From NCBI RefSeq assembly GCF_006345805.1, contig NC_043002.1:71796001-71860000 (forward strand): a stretch of DNA of 64,000 bases. The letters run 5' to 3'. The position numbers and the translations under genes were made by a program. This document shows positions 1 to 13,339 of the stretch, in pieces. The notes beneath the pieces were generated by a model, which saw only the letters and a program-made list of their open reading frames with translations, was not told the origin of the DNA and made no database searches. Each line of letters begins with the position of its first letter. Positions within the stretch are counted from its first letter, which is position 1. The stretch comes from Octopus sinensis (taxonomy: Eukaryota).

Positions 1-1429
1 TTGTCTTTCCCTTGGATAACACTGGTGGTGTGGAGAGGGGAGGCTGGTATGCATGGGCGACTGCTGGTCTTCCATAAACAACCTTGCCCAGACTTGTGTC
101 TAGGAGGGTAACTTTCTAGGTGCAATCCCATGGTCATTCATGACCGAAGGGGGTCTTTACCCTTATTATTACTATTATTCATGTCACTGCCTGGAATCGT
201 GAAATGTGAATGGGTTTAATCAGGGATGTGTTTGTAGGATTTTGCGTACAGACAAGCGATTCTCTTCCTTATATTAAGAACGAATGCCTAATATGTGAAT
301 ATTTTCATATTCTTCTTAATATATAGTTTGCATCTGCTGCTATACCTCGTGCACATTTTTACTATTGTTACGACATTTGTTTGATATTTTGATTCAGTAC
401 TCTTCGATCTTTCAGATCCTATAAACTTTTGAAAGTGAAATGCAGTTACTTTTTCTACATCCCTAGGATGTCTATGGTGCATGTCCGCACGTCAGTCCTA
501 ATAGTGCAGACATATGATCAAACGCATTCTAACCAGGGAAATCCAATCCCGTCTTTTCAAGCCTATCGAGAAATATATTGGATTTTCAAACAGATTCGTT
601 GGTTTTATTTTCTAATTTCTTTTTGCTCTTCTTTTTCATCATATAACTGAAAAGAGGTAAAATTTATTCAGAATTTAAAAACGATGAACAAAAGTTTCTA
701 GAGGAAGAGAAAAACTCCAACAGAAAAGAACATAAAACAGTAAATATCAATTGGTCTTAATTCAAATATCATTAAAAAGAAACAAACGAATCTCACAGTG
801 TGACATCATCCAGTATGCCCTTCTCTTTCCCTAGACTCTAGCGTGTAATCTGAGGCTAACTTATTATTTCTAGTAGGAGGAGTGGTAATGTGGAGATTTT
901 CTGGACGGAACATCTTACTCGTGTATTTTCTCAGTGTTAAGGTTTAATTTTGTACAGTATTATAAACACTTTCTAATTCTGCTTGTTAGCCAGTTTTTGC
1001 TTTCCGCTTATGTTTGACTTTAGTTATTTTTTTCATATTTTGCTTCATTGCAGATTTCATATCATAATAGCTACAAACGTGTTTGTTTTGCGATTCTTCT
1101 CTGGTTATAAATTGAAGCTTTTCTTTTATGATTTCCTTTACTTATTTTCTCTGTTTCAATCTCTTTTTCTCTTGGCGTTTCGCTTTCATCGTGTGTGCTA
1201 CTAGCTTTTGTATTACATCTAAGCGCAATTTTATTTAGAGAAAATATTTTATGCTTTGTTATATTCCTAAGCCTATTTAATATTACTTCTTTTTTAAGAG
1301 GTTCATATTAATCATACGTTTGATACTTTGAAATATAGGTTTCCATCTCAATAGAAAGGCTTCTCGCTAAGTGACGATAATAGATATTATTACTATCGAT
1401 AAAAATGTGGAAACTAAGCATATTATTAC

Positions 1430-1430
<1 letters not shown>

Positions 1431-1467
<37 letters not shown>

Positions 1468-1493
1468 TATTATATTATTATTATTATTATTAC

Positions 1494-1547
<54 letters not shown>

Positions 1548-1548
1548 C
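1431..1548. repeat. (ATT)n microsatellite
   Basis: Nearly pure ATT array. Confidence 0.95.
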
Positions 1549-1685
1549 TTGCATTTTTCATGGTTTGAGAACTACATCAAGCGTTTCCTTCCTACAAATA
1601 AGAATTAAGTACATCTCAAAGAACATGTATAAACGTGTTCATGAATTACAATGATACCGAAGTTTACGAAAATACTAGTTTCATA

Positions 1686-1890
1686 GGTGAGCTGACAGAA
1701 TCGTTAGTACGCAGGGCAAATGGTTAGTAGCGTTTGGTCTGTCTTAAAGCTTTGAGTTCAAATTCCGCCAAGATCGACTTTACCTTTCATCCTTTCGGGA
1801 CCCATAAAATAAGTTCCATTTAAACACTGGAGTTGACGTAGTCGGTTTAGCACCTCCACTGAAATTGCAGGTCCTGCGTCAAATTATGTA
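1686..1890 (+). mobile_element. SINE family A (tRNA-like head, CTTTCATCCTTTCGGGGTCGAT central domain), diverged monomer
   Basis: B-box-like GAGTTCAAATTCC followed by GACTTTACCTTTCATCCTTTCGGG; matches more than 10 other copies in the window. Confidence 0.8.
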
Positions 1891-1908
1891 ATTATTATTG
1901 TTATTATT

Positions 1909-4213
1909 TCTTTCTGGTTATTGAAACAAAGTTCAGGTTTGATCTCATTCCTAGTAGGACTTATGTGGATAGGAGGATACTACTTGTGACCTTTCAGTGG
2001 TCTTTCAAGTGCTTAGAACCCCGCTAATAATCCTTGCTGTCCCTAAGAGGCAAGCTTTCTGTAGGAGCTCTACCGGACATTCTCTTTCAATGTCCTCCAG
2101 CCATTTGTCTATATCTTGGTTTACTGTCCCCAATGCACCAATTATTATAGGTACGACCATTACTGTTTGCGTACTCCAAGTTCTTCCTATTTCGAATTTT
2201 GGATATTGCATTTTCTTTGTGTTTCTTCATCTTTGTTTACCCATGATGAGTCGATAAGTAAATGACTTCGCTTTTCTCTATCTATGATTGTAATACCTAG
2301 TCTATTGTTTTCTAATTTCTTGTTTCCTTTGAAGAAGAAAGTCCCACAAAATCTTACATTTCTCCGCTCTAGTACTCCAGCTTCAAATCTCCATTTCTGG
2401 CACAGTTTCTAGTATAAATCTTGTATAGCCTGATCGTGGTTCCATGTCTTATATTCTTCCTGTGGCAACTTGGGGCAGTCTGCGAAAATATGTGACACTT
2501 TCTCGTTCCAGTTCCACAGGCTCTACATTTTTCTGACACATTCTCTCCATACTTTTTTTTCTTGTTTGCTTTCATCGCTTGATCTTCGGCTGCTACAATT
2601 AGGTTCTCTGTAACGTTTTGTAGTTACCCCATTTTTAACCAAGCTCAGGATTTTGTTCTATCTGCTTCTTCAAAGGCTCTTCAAAACCGACCAAGCAAAG
2701 GCTTCTCTTCGATCTGTGTGATGTGCTCTCTTTGTATTTCATTCTTGTCCTTTTCTCCTATTATGCGCTTCATCATCTGTTCGTTCTTAACTTCCTTTAG
2801 TAGTTCTGTACTGCTCTGCAAATACTCAGCTAGACTTTGCCTTTCCATTTGTACACATTCTTTTACTTCTATTAAATCCCTTCCATCCTGGTCTCCCTTC
2901 AAGTACAGCCGGCTGATATCAGCTTTCGGATGTTGATCTTCATACATCTTCAACAACTTCCCAGCTTTTCTGTCAAGTTTCTTTATTTCGTTTCTGGACC
3001 AGTATATTAGTCTATCGCCATATCTGATTAAGAGTGCGGCTCTTGAATTTATTGCTTCAATGAGATTTTTGGAATTCACCTTTGACTGCAAAAATTTCCT
3101 AAGTCTCCTTGTGTATTCTCTACTGGTAATTTGTTTCATTTGTTAATTTTTTTTATCTCATCTGCTTCCAATATTCCCAAGTACTTATACCACTGTCCTT
3201 TCTCAGCCGCTCTCATTGTTTGCCCATTTAGTATTTCAATTCCCCGGCTTCTTTCAAATCTTTCTCGTTTCATTTTCAATATAGCGCACTTTTCTATCCC
3301 AAATTCCATACCTACGTCATTTGAGAAAATGCGGATAGAATGTACAAGACTTTCAATCTCTTTCTCATTTTTCGCATAAACCTATATATCATCCATTAAT
3401 AGGAAATGATTTATCTATTTCTTTTTCCCAAATCGCATGTAATTTTAACTTTCCGTAGTATCACAGTGAGCGGTGTCATGGCCAATACGAATAGTAATGG
3501 AGATAAGCTATCATCTTGGAATATTCCACATCTGTTGTTCACTTTTCCGAGTGTTTATTTTCCTCCGGTCAATTCAGTATTCCAATGATTCATACTTTCA
3601 TTAAGCATTTTCTCAATGGTTTTTATTCCAAACATGCTCATTTTTTTACTTATCCAACTGTGTGTTACCATATCATATGCATTTTGTAATCTAGCCAGGC
3701 TACATTCGATCCCATCAATCTGCGTCTGCAGTTTCTAATTATCATTTTATCAATTAATAATTTATAATTTGTTGCTCTTCTTTGTTTCCTGCATCATTTC
3801 TGCTCTTCTGGAAGTAGATTGTTACTTTCCAGATGGTTGTAAAACACCAGTCATAAGCTTCCGCATTAGCGGTAAACAGGTTATAAGTCGAAAATTTGAT
3901 GCCAAATTTCCTTTCAAGGGATTTTTCAGGCATAGCAGCGTTCGTCCACTTGTCACCCAGGCATGGACATGATTTGTCTGCAGGCAGTCATCCAGTGGTG
4001 CAGCGATCCTTCTATTCAACTCTGTAAAGTTCTTCAGCCAATAGACTTGTACTCCGTCTGGGCCTGGTCCTTTCCAATTTGCTGATTTTTTTAAACTTCT
4101 GTCTCACTGTATATAAATTAATTCTAACGTCCTTTTGTCTTGGTACAGTTTCAAGTAATCTTTCCACTTTGTTAGCCATTCCGCACTTTCTTTATGTCTC
4201 GCCAGCCTGTTAC
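1909..4213 (-). mobile_element. R4/Dong-clade non-LTR retrotransposon, 5'-truncated, frameshifted (RT + CCHC + restriction-like endonuclease)
   Basis: Minus-strand remnants NWKGPGPDG, HAWVTSGRTLLCLK, NFRLITCLP, YKYLGILE, CRACG zinc knuckle and C-terminal VPIIIGALG...LQKACLLGTARII; 3' end runs into (AAT)n. Confidence 0.9.
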
Positions 4214-4216
4214 ATT

Positions 4217-4271
<55 letters not shown>

Positions 4272-4352
4272 CCATCACCATCACCACCACCACCATCACC
4301 ACCACCACCACCACCACCACCACCACCACCACTACCACCACCACCACCACTG

Positions 4353-4398
<46 letters not shown>

Positions 4399-4520
4399 CC
4401 CTACTACTACTACTACTACTACTACTACTATTAATTTATTATTATTACTACTACTACTACTATTATTATTATTATTATTATTACTATTACTACTACGACT
4501 ACTACTATTATTATTATTAT

Positions 4521-4558
<38 letters not shown>

Positions 4559-4618
4559 TTATTATTATTATTACTACTACTACTACTACTATTATTATTA
4601 TTATTATATTATTACTAT

Positions 4619-4686
<68 letters not shown>

Positions 4687-4693
4687 TATTATT
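4214..4693. repeat. Compound microsatellite (CAT)n-(CAC)n-(TAC)n-(TAT)n
   Basis: Direct reading. Confidence 0.95.
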
Positions 4694-4849
4694 AGGTGAT
4701 GAAAACTCACAGCTAATTTTGCTGGGAATGCTGAAAAGTGTCAGCTGTCCACAGGCAGCAGACTAAGGTGCAAAGAATTCTTGTAGTTCCAAGCAATACT
4801 GATTTCGTGGGTGTTCTACCTTCACACTTGCACCAGTCTTTTTCAGCCA
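4694..4849 (-). mobile_element. R4/Dong 3' terminal fragment (second family)
   Basis: Minus translation KSVLLGTTRIL, homologous to LLGTARI; short 3' UTR ending in (AAT)n. Confidence 0.65.
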
Positions 4850-4865
4850 TATTATTATTATTATT

Positions 4866-5017
4866 CAGTAGTTTTATTTTTATAGCGTGCTTTCACTTCA
4901 CTACCGAGCGCAGCTCTGTGTGCCTTGGGTATGTGCTGTGATTTGTTGTGATGCTCTGATGGTTATTGTATGGAAAGTGTTCTGCGTAGGATGTGTGCAG
5001 TGCCTAGTAGTGCAATT
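4866..5017 (-). mobile_element. R4/Dong 3' terminal fragment (third family)
   Basis: IALLGTAHILRRTLSIQ-stop plus 3' UTR; same family as 44815-45178. Confidence 0.8.
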
Positions 5018-5039
5018 ATTATTATTATTATTATTATTA

Positions 5040-5084
<45 letters not shown>

Positions 5085-5085
<1 letters not shown>

Positions 5086-5677
5086 CTTCTCAGAGCGCTA
5101 GGTCTTGTTTGCTCTGGTTGATTCTATGAGAGCTGACAGCAGCCTGTTGTCAGAGGTCTCAAATATCTGTCCGCTCATTATAAGCTTTGATGCTTGGTTG
5201 TTAAATATCGTGGAAGACATTCAGCATCCAAGTGCCAATCTTAAAATCCTAGCTGTCTTCAAGCAGAGCAATGTTTGGTGCTTGCTCTGCTCTTTTGTCA
5301 ATTCCAATTACTCTGACATCTTTCTCGGACTTGGTGTTAGTGCTCCGAGTGTCCCTACAACTACTGGGATGACAGACACTCTTCTCATAGTATTTATTCT
5401 TGAAATTTCGTCTTTTAGTAATCTAGTTCTTTGTCACTTATGCGTGCATCCCCAGGTATTGCCAGATCTATAATCTTGGTTTCCTCTTCTCTTTATCTAC
5501 CACAACAATATCTGTTCTCCGGTCATTGATTAGGGAGTCACATCAGATTGTAAATTCCCACACTATCTTGTATTCATTGTTTTCGGTGACTCTTTCTGGT
5601 TCATGTTCGTGCCATTTCTGTACTCTATCCAGGTCGTAATTTTTACATAGCCACCAGTGAACAAACTTAGCCACGTT
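5085..5677 (-). mobile_element. R4/Dong 3' fragment (fourth family; endonuclease domain + 3' UTR)
   Basis: VAKFVHWWLCK, WHEHEPERV, DIVVVDKEK, SVIPVVVGTLG, KTARILR, with frameshifts; (AAT)n tail. Confidence 0.85.
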
Positions 5678-5715
5678 ATTATTATTACTATTATCATTAT
5701 TATTATTATTATTAA

Positions 5716-5755
<40 letters not shown>

Positions 5756-5808
5756 TTATTATTATTATTATTATTATTTTTATAATTATTATTATTATTA
5801 TTATTATT

Positions 5809-5841
<33 letters not shown>

Positions 5842-5869
5842 GATATTATTATTATTATCATTATTATTA

Positions 5870-5900
<31 letters not shown>

Positions 5901-5901
<1 letters not shown>

Positions 5902-6360
5902 GAGTGAGAGAGCAGTGCATGCCATCAAAGTGACACTGGGGTAAAATATACGAAGCCCAGTATACCCATCATAACTACCCGTCTGATAAGGGTACACCAG
6001 ACACATGCGTCACAACCATATGAGCGCGACATGGTGATCTCATATCAAGATAAACAAGGATGATGAACGAACCCCTCTTTGTTTCAAAGGTGAATTAACC
6101 AAACCTCTAAGAATTCCTTTCAACACATGGCTATGATGCTCTCCCACTACTTCTGCTCGTGATCAGAAATGCACGTGTCATCAGCCATTAAGGGATGTGC
6201 TCAACTGCTTATGGTCAAACAATTGACAAGCAAATCTATGGTATTGAACAGAATATTTGTTGTCGGCCATCTTTTATACCAAGCCAAAACAATGTACATG
6301 ATAACACTTCCAATCAGTTAGGATCAGCAGCCACGACAGCCACTGCCTGGTACTGCATCT
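5901..6360 (-). mobile_element. Non-coding (AAT)n-tailed interspersed element, copy 1 (91-bp internal deletion)
   Basis: Homologous to 6445-6904, 7012-7359 and 44028-44594; strand inferred from tail polarity. Confidence 0.8.
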
Positions 6361-6444
6361 ATTATAATACTAATAATAATAATAATAATAATAATAATTA
6401 TTATTATATTATTATTATTATTATTATTATTATTTTTATATTAT

Positions 6445-7359
<915 letters not shown>

Positions 7360-7574
7360 TATTATTATTATTATTATTATATTATTATTATTATTATTAT
7401 TATATTATTATTATTATTATTATTATCATTATTATTATTATTATTATCATTATTATTATTATTCTGTTTGACTTTTGCTTTACATTTGCACAAGCTGGCT
7501 CCAAGTCTCACCCAGAGACCCCAAGAGACAAGTTGCAAGTTCATGTTGGAAGTTTATTGTTATTATTATTATTA

Positions 7575-7657
<83 letters not shown>

Positions 7658-7894
7658 GTAGTAGTAGTAGTAGTAGTAGTGCTATTTCCTGTATGTTGTA
7701 TATACTTTTAAGTCCTGGTGCTTTTTGAATGTTTTTTTTTTATCTCACCTAATATGTCTACTATAATATTGTGACTTCGTCGTTGCTTTTGCTTCTGTTT
7801 TTCTTCTTGTTTTCATCTACATGTTTGATACAATCACTTACCGGAATACACCCAGCGCCCTAAGGCAAGTTAAAGTTAAAATATATATGTATAT

Positions 7895-8058
7895 GGGAGC
7901 AGGAGTGGCTGTGTGGTAAGTAGCTTGATTACCAACCACATGGTTCTGTGTTCACTCCCACCGCGTGGCACCTTGGGCAAGTGTCTTCTATTTTACCCTC
8001 GGGTCGACCAAAGCCTTGTGAGTGGAAACTGAAAGAAGCCCGTCGTAAATATATATGG

Positions 8059-8105
<47 letters not shown>

Positions 8106-8340
8106 CATGTGCCTGTATATGTTTGTGTGTCTGTGTTTGTCCCTCCAACATCGCTTGACAACCGATGCTGGTGTGTTTACGTCCCCGCCACTTAGCGGTT
8201 CGGCAAGAGAAACTGATAGAATAAGTACTAGGCTTACAAAGAATAAATCCTGTGGTCGATTTGCTCGACTAAAGGCGTTGCTCTAGCATGGCCGCAGTTA
8301 AATTACTGAAACAATTAAAAGAATAAAAGAAAGAAAAGAA
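7895..8340 (+). mobile_element. SINE family B (tRNA head, CORE-like GCACCTTGGGCAAGTG, internal TA/TG microsatellite)
   Basis: A-box-like TGGCTGTGTGG, B-box-like TGTTCACTCC, CORE-like motif; multiple copies in the window. Confidence 0.85.
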
Positions 8341-10411
8341 TATATATATATACATGCATATATGGGCACAGGACGTCACCAACGGTGCAAATAACATGAA
8401 ATACGTAAGCAAACGAGTTAAATATGTAAACAATGAGAAAAAAGATGGAAAACAGGACAAGTTAACACAGAGAAAGGACCCTTCATCAGTTGTCGGTTCT
8501 CTATCTACTCTTTATTTCGAGCATTGAACCACAATATGAGTTTTCAAAGACAGCTGCTCCCATAAATTCTAAAATAAAATCTAGGATTTGTGGAGGGTCA
8601 AAGTAGGGAACAAAAACAGGACATTGGAGACCGAACGAAAACAAACAAGCAGGGTCGTTAGACTTTGGTTGACTGGCTCTTTGCAAAGTTGGATAAATGC
8701 CTTCTATTATCCAATTATGGATCTACAAAAACTAGGTATGAGATGGGTGTGAAACTGCAACAACTATTTGAAGAGGGTTATTTACGACCTGATAACTTTT
8801 ATGGATTCACACAATGTGAAAAACAAATATGACACTAGATAATAGCTATTAAGTGCGTAGTTCATTGTGTTTGATGTAGCAATAAAGAACTGATATTAAT
8901 TTATAGAAGAGTTCGGCAAGTTCAGCTATGGTGTGACCTAATATTTCTGATTGTTAAGTGAAGAGGAGTTAAGAAACATTATTGTTAGATGAAAAGTAAA
9001 TGTATTAAAGGTCAGCTATATTGAGCCTTTCAATATACATTATTGAGTATTTCATTTATGCCTGCTTAACTGAAACATTAATTTCAGCGTTATTAACTCG
9101 GTTGTAAACCAGTATTCATCAACTGTGTGCCAAGTAGGTAACTGCATATTTCGTAATTATTACTTCGAATTCCTTCACCGCTGTTAGTGTAGAACGTAAA
9201 TTCATTAATCAATACCCTTGAGTTTTAACGTAATTTACTGCGGTCTTTCATTTCTGCATTATTTCTTTCAAAGCACCTCTTCAACGATGAATTTTATTGG
9301 AAATAGATTCACTACAAATACAAATAGAAATCTTCAAGCAATTCCGACAAAACTTTTTCTTGTATCCTATTTTCTGCTCTTTTTTTCTGCTAGCTTTCAT
9401 AATCTCTCACTACAAATGGAATATTTTAACAAAGAGACTTTATACTGTACAGCTTCTACTTCAGTGTATATTGTTCATACGATGTTAAAAACTTATTTGT
9501 TGAACGAATCATTAAACTGTGTCTCTGAGGAATCTATTTACTTTATGTAATGATGATAGTGATGACTGGGGACCATATTTCTAGTTATGGTATTTGTTAA
9601 AAAACTTGATACCGTTTGTCTATATTTTTTACGTTATTTTTGGATCGTTCTCGTATATTCTTCTTTATTTCGTCACCGTTAAAAATGATGAATAACTTAC
9701 TTAAATAGAAACGGTTATTTACTGCTTTCAATGTTTTCAATTTGTAATATATTGCTGATAGACGTTCGAAAATATTATATTCTATAGATTTTTCATTGGT
9801 AATTTTTGCTCCTGATTTACGAGATGTAATGTGTTACTATGCAGTTAAACAAATCTTTAATAAAGTATCAAACCAGTTTAAAATGGTATAAATTCTATAC
9901 AGCAGTATTTAGTTTCAAATTAGGAATCTATGAACACTCATACATTTTAGTGAAGAATATATTATAATCGTTTCCTTGATACGATTCTCGTGGGGTTAAT
10001 TTAGCGGAAGGCTAACCATTTTAATGAGGAAGTCGGTAATCGATTACTGGGAACACTATCTTGATTCAAACATTATTTCATTGACCTCGAAAGGATGAAA
10101 GTCATTAAAAGACCGAACGTAACAGAAAAACAGAACAGAAGAAAGGCTGCAAAGCTTTTTTCTGAAGCAAAATTGAATCAATCAATCTTCTGTCGTTCAC
10201 CGTCTAATGATGCACAAAGAACTGCGACTCTGTCCAACTCGCTTCTTCACTGAAAAGAATTCCGTAAAGAAAAACAAACCGGGAAATGAATGTGAAATAA
10301 AAACTATTCGCATTAAAGTGTGTGCTCCCGCATGGCCTCAAATTCGAGCTGAAAGCACTAAGTATAAAAGGGAATATATAAGTACTTGCATCATATCAAT
10401 GTATATATATG

Positions 10412-10499
<88 letters not shown>

Positions 10500-10532
10500 T
10501 ATTATACATATATATATATGTATGTATGTATG

Positions 10533-10619
<87 letters not shown>

Positions 10620-10623
10620 TATA

Positions 10624-11913
10624 TCAGGTCATTCTATAAGTTATGTCTAAATTTTGAATAAAAAAATAAGTGATCAAAGGTTATATTTAATTGAAACTGA
10701 ATCATCAATATACTTTCCCTGATTATTTATGACTTCCTTCCATCTATTTACAAGCTTTTTAATCCCATTAATGTTAAACTCTTTTGGTTTCAAAGCGAAG
10801 AACTCTGAAATATCAGTTTCGACCTCCTCCGGGCTTGTGAAAATTATGTCCCACAAATGATTCTATAAACTACGAAACAAATGGTTGTCTGAAGGTACAA
10901 GTTCGGGAGAATAAGGTAGATGAGGAATTCGTTCCCGGCCAAGCTCTTGGATCTTCTATGACGTGATCCTTGCAGTGTGGGGTCGTGCATTGTCCTGATG
11001 AAACATCCACCTTTTCGATTCACAAAAGCGAGTCTTTTTTCCTTCAAAGCTTGGTTCAAACGTTCTAATTGCTGATAGTAGACTTAAGCATTGATTGTTG
11101 CATTAGGTGGTAACAATTCAAAGTGAATGACTCCTTTGCAATCCCACCAGAGAGAGAGAGAGAGAGAGAAGAACCTTTTTCCCATGAAGTTCCCTTCTCG
11201 CTTGTGGTTGAGCTTTTTCCCTTCTACCAAGCCACTGTTTATGACGTTTAACATTTCGATAGAAGATCCATTCTTCGTTACCAGTCACAAGTCTATCCAA
11301 AAAGGGTGAAATGAGTTCACGAGAATGGAGCGAAGGGCAGAATGTCAACACAAGATTTGCGGTTGCTTTGGGACAATTCATGAGGCACCCATTTCCCAAG
11401 TTTAGGTACCTTTCCAAGTTGTTGAAGATGACGACGGACAGTTGTATGGTTTGAACTAAGCTTTATTGTCAATTCTTCAACTGATCATTCAGGATTTTCT
11501 TGAAGTAATGCCTCAAGGAGATTATCATCAAACTCAACTGGACGTCCTGTTCGATCTTCATCTTCAAGGCTGAAATCTCCACATCTGAATTTTGCACACC
11601 ATCTTCTGGAAGTTCTTTCATTCGAGCATTCTTTCCCATAAACTGAGTGTATGTTTCGAGTCGCTTCGGCAGCAGAGTTTCCCTTTTTGTAGTTATAAAG
11701 CATTATATTCCTTAAATACTCTTTGGATACTTCCATGTAAGAAAGGGTTTTAATCAAAGACATTTTAATTACATTATTCTCTAAAATCATATTTAATTAG
11801 TTTAAATATACACAACTACATAAAAATAATTTTTAATTCCATTAGACACTCTAAAACTATTAAATTTCATTCAATTTTAAAAAAGGTAAATCGGGCAGAA
11901 CTCATTGGATGTC

Positions 11914-11917
<4 letters not shown>
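10624..11917 (-). mobile_element. Full-length (1294 bp) degenerate mariner transposon
   Basis: HTH N-terminus (EATRNIHSVYG...RRWCAKFRCGDFSLEDEDRTGRP), LVTGNEEWIFY, HDNARPH and remnants of the PSDNHLF region; degenerate TIRs (20/26 match including TA) flanked by TA. Confidence 0.92.
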
Positions 11918-11982
<65 letters not shown>

Positions 11983-11987
<5 letters not shown>

Positions 11988-12888
11988 TCAATTTAGGGTA
12001 GCAAAAACTTCAGTAAAAATTTATCGCTACCAGCGGCCTAATGGAAAAGAGAAAATAGTCAAAGACTAAATATGTATAAATATAACAATTTAGGAATGGC
12101 CTGAACAGGTCATTCGTCCACCAGAAAGAGCAGCCATAACTCCAACCGCCAAGTAGTGTAATTCGGAAATAAGGTGAAAATTTAAAAACATTTACCCTAA
12201 TTCATCTTTTATACGATGCATCGTTTCGGTGTCTTTAATGATAGACCAGCTTAATTAAATCATTATAGACACCGAAACGATGCATCGTATAAAAGATGAA
12301 TTAGGGTAAATGTTTTTAAATTTTCACCTTATTTCCGAATTACACTACTTGGCGGTTGGAGTTATGGCTGCTCTTTCTGGTGGACGAATGGCCTGTTCAG
12401 GCCATTCCTAAATTGTTATATTTATACATATTTAGTCTTTGACTATTTTCTCTTTTCCATTAGGCCGCTGGTAGCGATAAATTTTTACTGAATTTTTTGC
12501 TACCCTAAATTGATTAATTGATAATTTTCTGACTAATTCTGAGATTGAATCGGCAGTTTATATTTGCTGCCGATAGTTTGGCGCGAATGCGTTGGTCTTG
12601 AAAATTTTAAGACAGATATTCCCGAGGCATTGATACAGTAGCCTCGTGTATATCCGTCTCTCCGGTTTCTTTTACTGATGAAGTGTGACCTATGGTAGAC
12701 CAGCTTAATTTAATTTAATTAAGCTGGTCTATCATTAAAGACAACCGAAACGATGCATCGTATAAAAGATGAATTAGGGTAATGTTTTTAAATTTTCACC
12801 TTATTTCCGAATTACACTACTTGGCGGTTGGAGTTATGGCTGCTCTTTCTGGTGGACGAATGGCCTGTTCAGGCCATTCCTAAATGTT
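11983..12888 (+). mobile_element. Non-autonomous Penelope-like/retrozyme-like element with inverted 5' duplication
   Basis: 260-bp inverted repeat (11983-12242/12259-12518) plus direct repeat of ~155 bp at ~472-473 bp offset; hammerhead at the repeat boundary; flanked by (TA)n; no ORF. Confidence 0.8.
12668..12769 (+). ncRNA. Type I hammerhead ribozyme
   Basis: Stem I TCTTTTA/TAAAAGA (12668-74/12763-69), CTGATGA 12675-81, long stem II, GAAA 12747-50, palindromic stem III ACGATGCATCGT, GUA cleavage triplet 12760-62. Confidence 0.85.
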
Positions 12889-12922
12889 GTATATATATAT
12901 ATATATATAACATTCTAAATGG

Positions 12923-13009
<87 letters not shown>

Positions 13010-13100
13010 GTGTGTATATATGTGTGTATATGCATGTATATATATAATGTATGTATGAATGTATATATATATATATATCTGTCTGTGTGCATGCATGTGT

Positions 13101-13134
<34 letters not shown>

Positions 13135-13151
13135 TATATATATATATATAT

Positions 13152-13270
13152 ACGACGGGCTTCTTTCAGATTCCGTCAGCGAAATCCACTCACTTTAGTG
13201 AGAAGATACTTGCCGATGGTGTCACGCAGTTGGACCGAAGCTGGAACCGTGTTGTTTGGGAGCATACTTC
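13152..13270 (-). mobile_element. SINE family B, partial
   Basis: ACGACGGGCTTCTTTCAG...AAATCCACTCAC...CTTGCC matches the reverse complement of the family B head. Confidence 0.65.
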
Positions 13271-13307
13271 TTATCAAACAACACTGCATACACTCATATA
13301 TATATAT

Positions 13308-13339
<32 letters not shown>

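Noticed and set aside
1-162. GC-richer segment ending before an ATT run, resembling a retroelement tail
   Set aside because: Single partial copy in the window; cannot be classified from the sequence alone.
7895-7975. tRNA gene calls for SINE heads
   Set aside because: A/B-box-like motifs only, no cloverleaf, and they continue into SINE bodies.
8479-8522. CTGATGAAGGG and GAAA on the minus strand
   Set aside because: Motifs are in the wrong order for type I and no helix II pairing supports type II.
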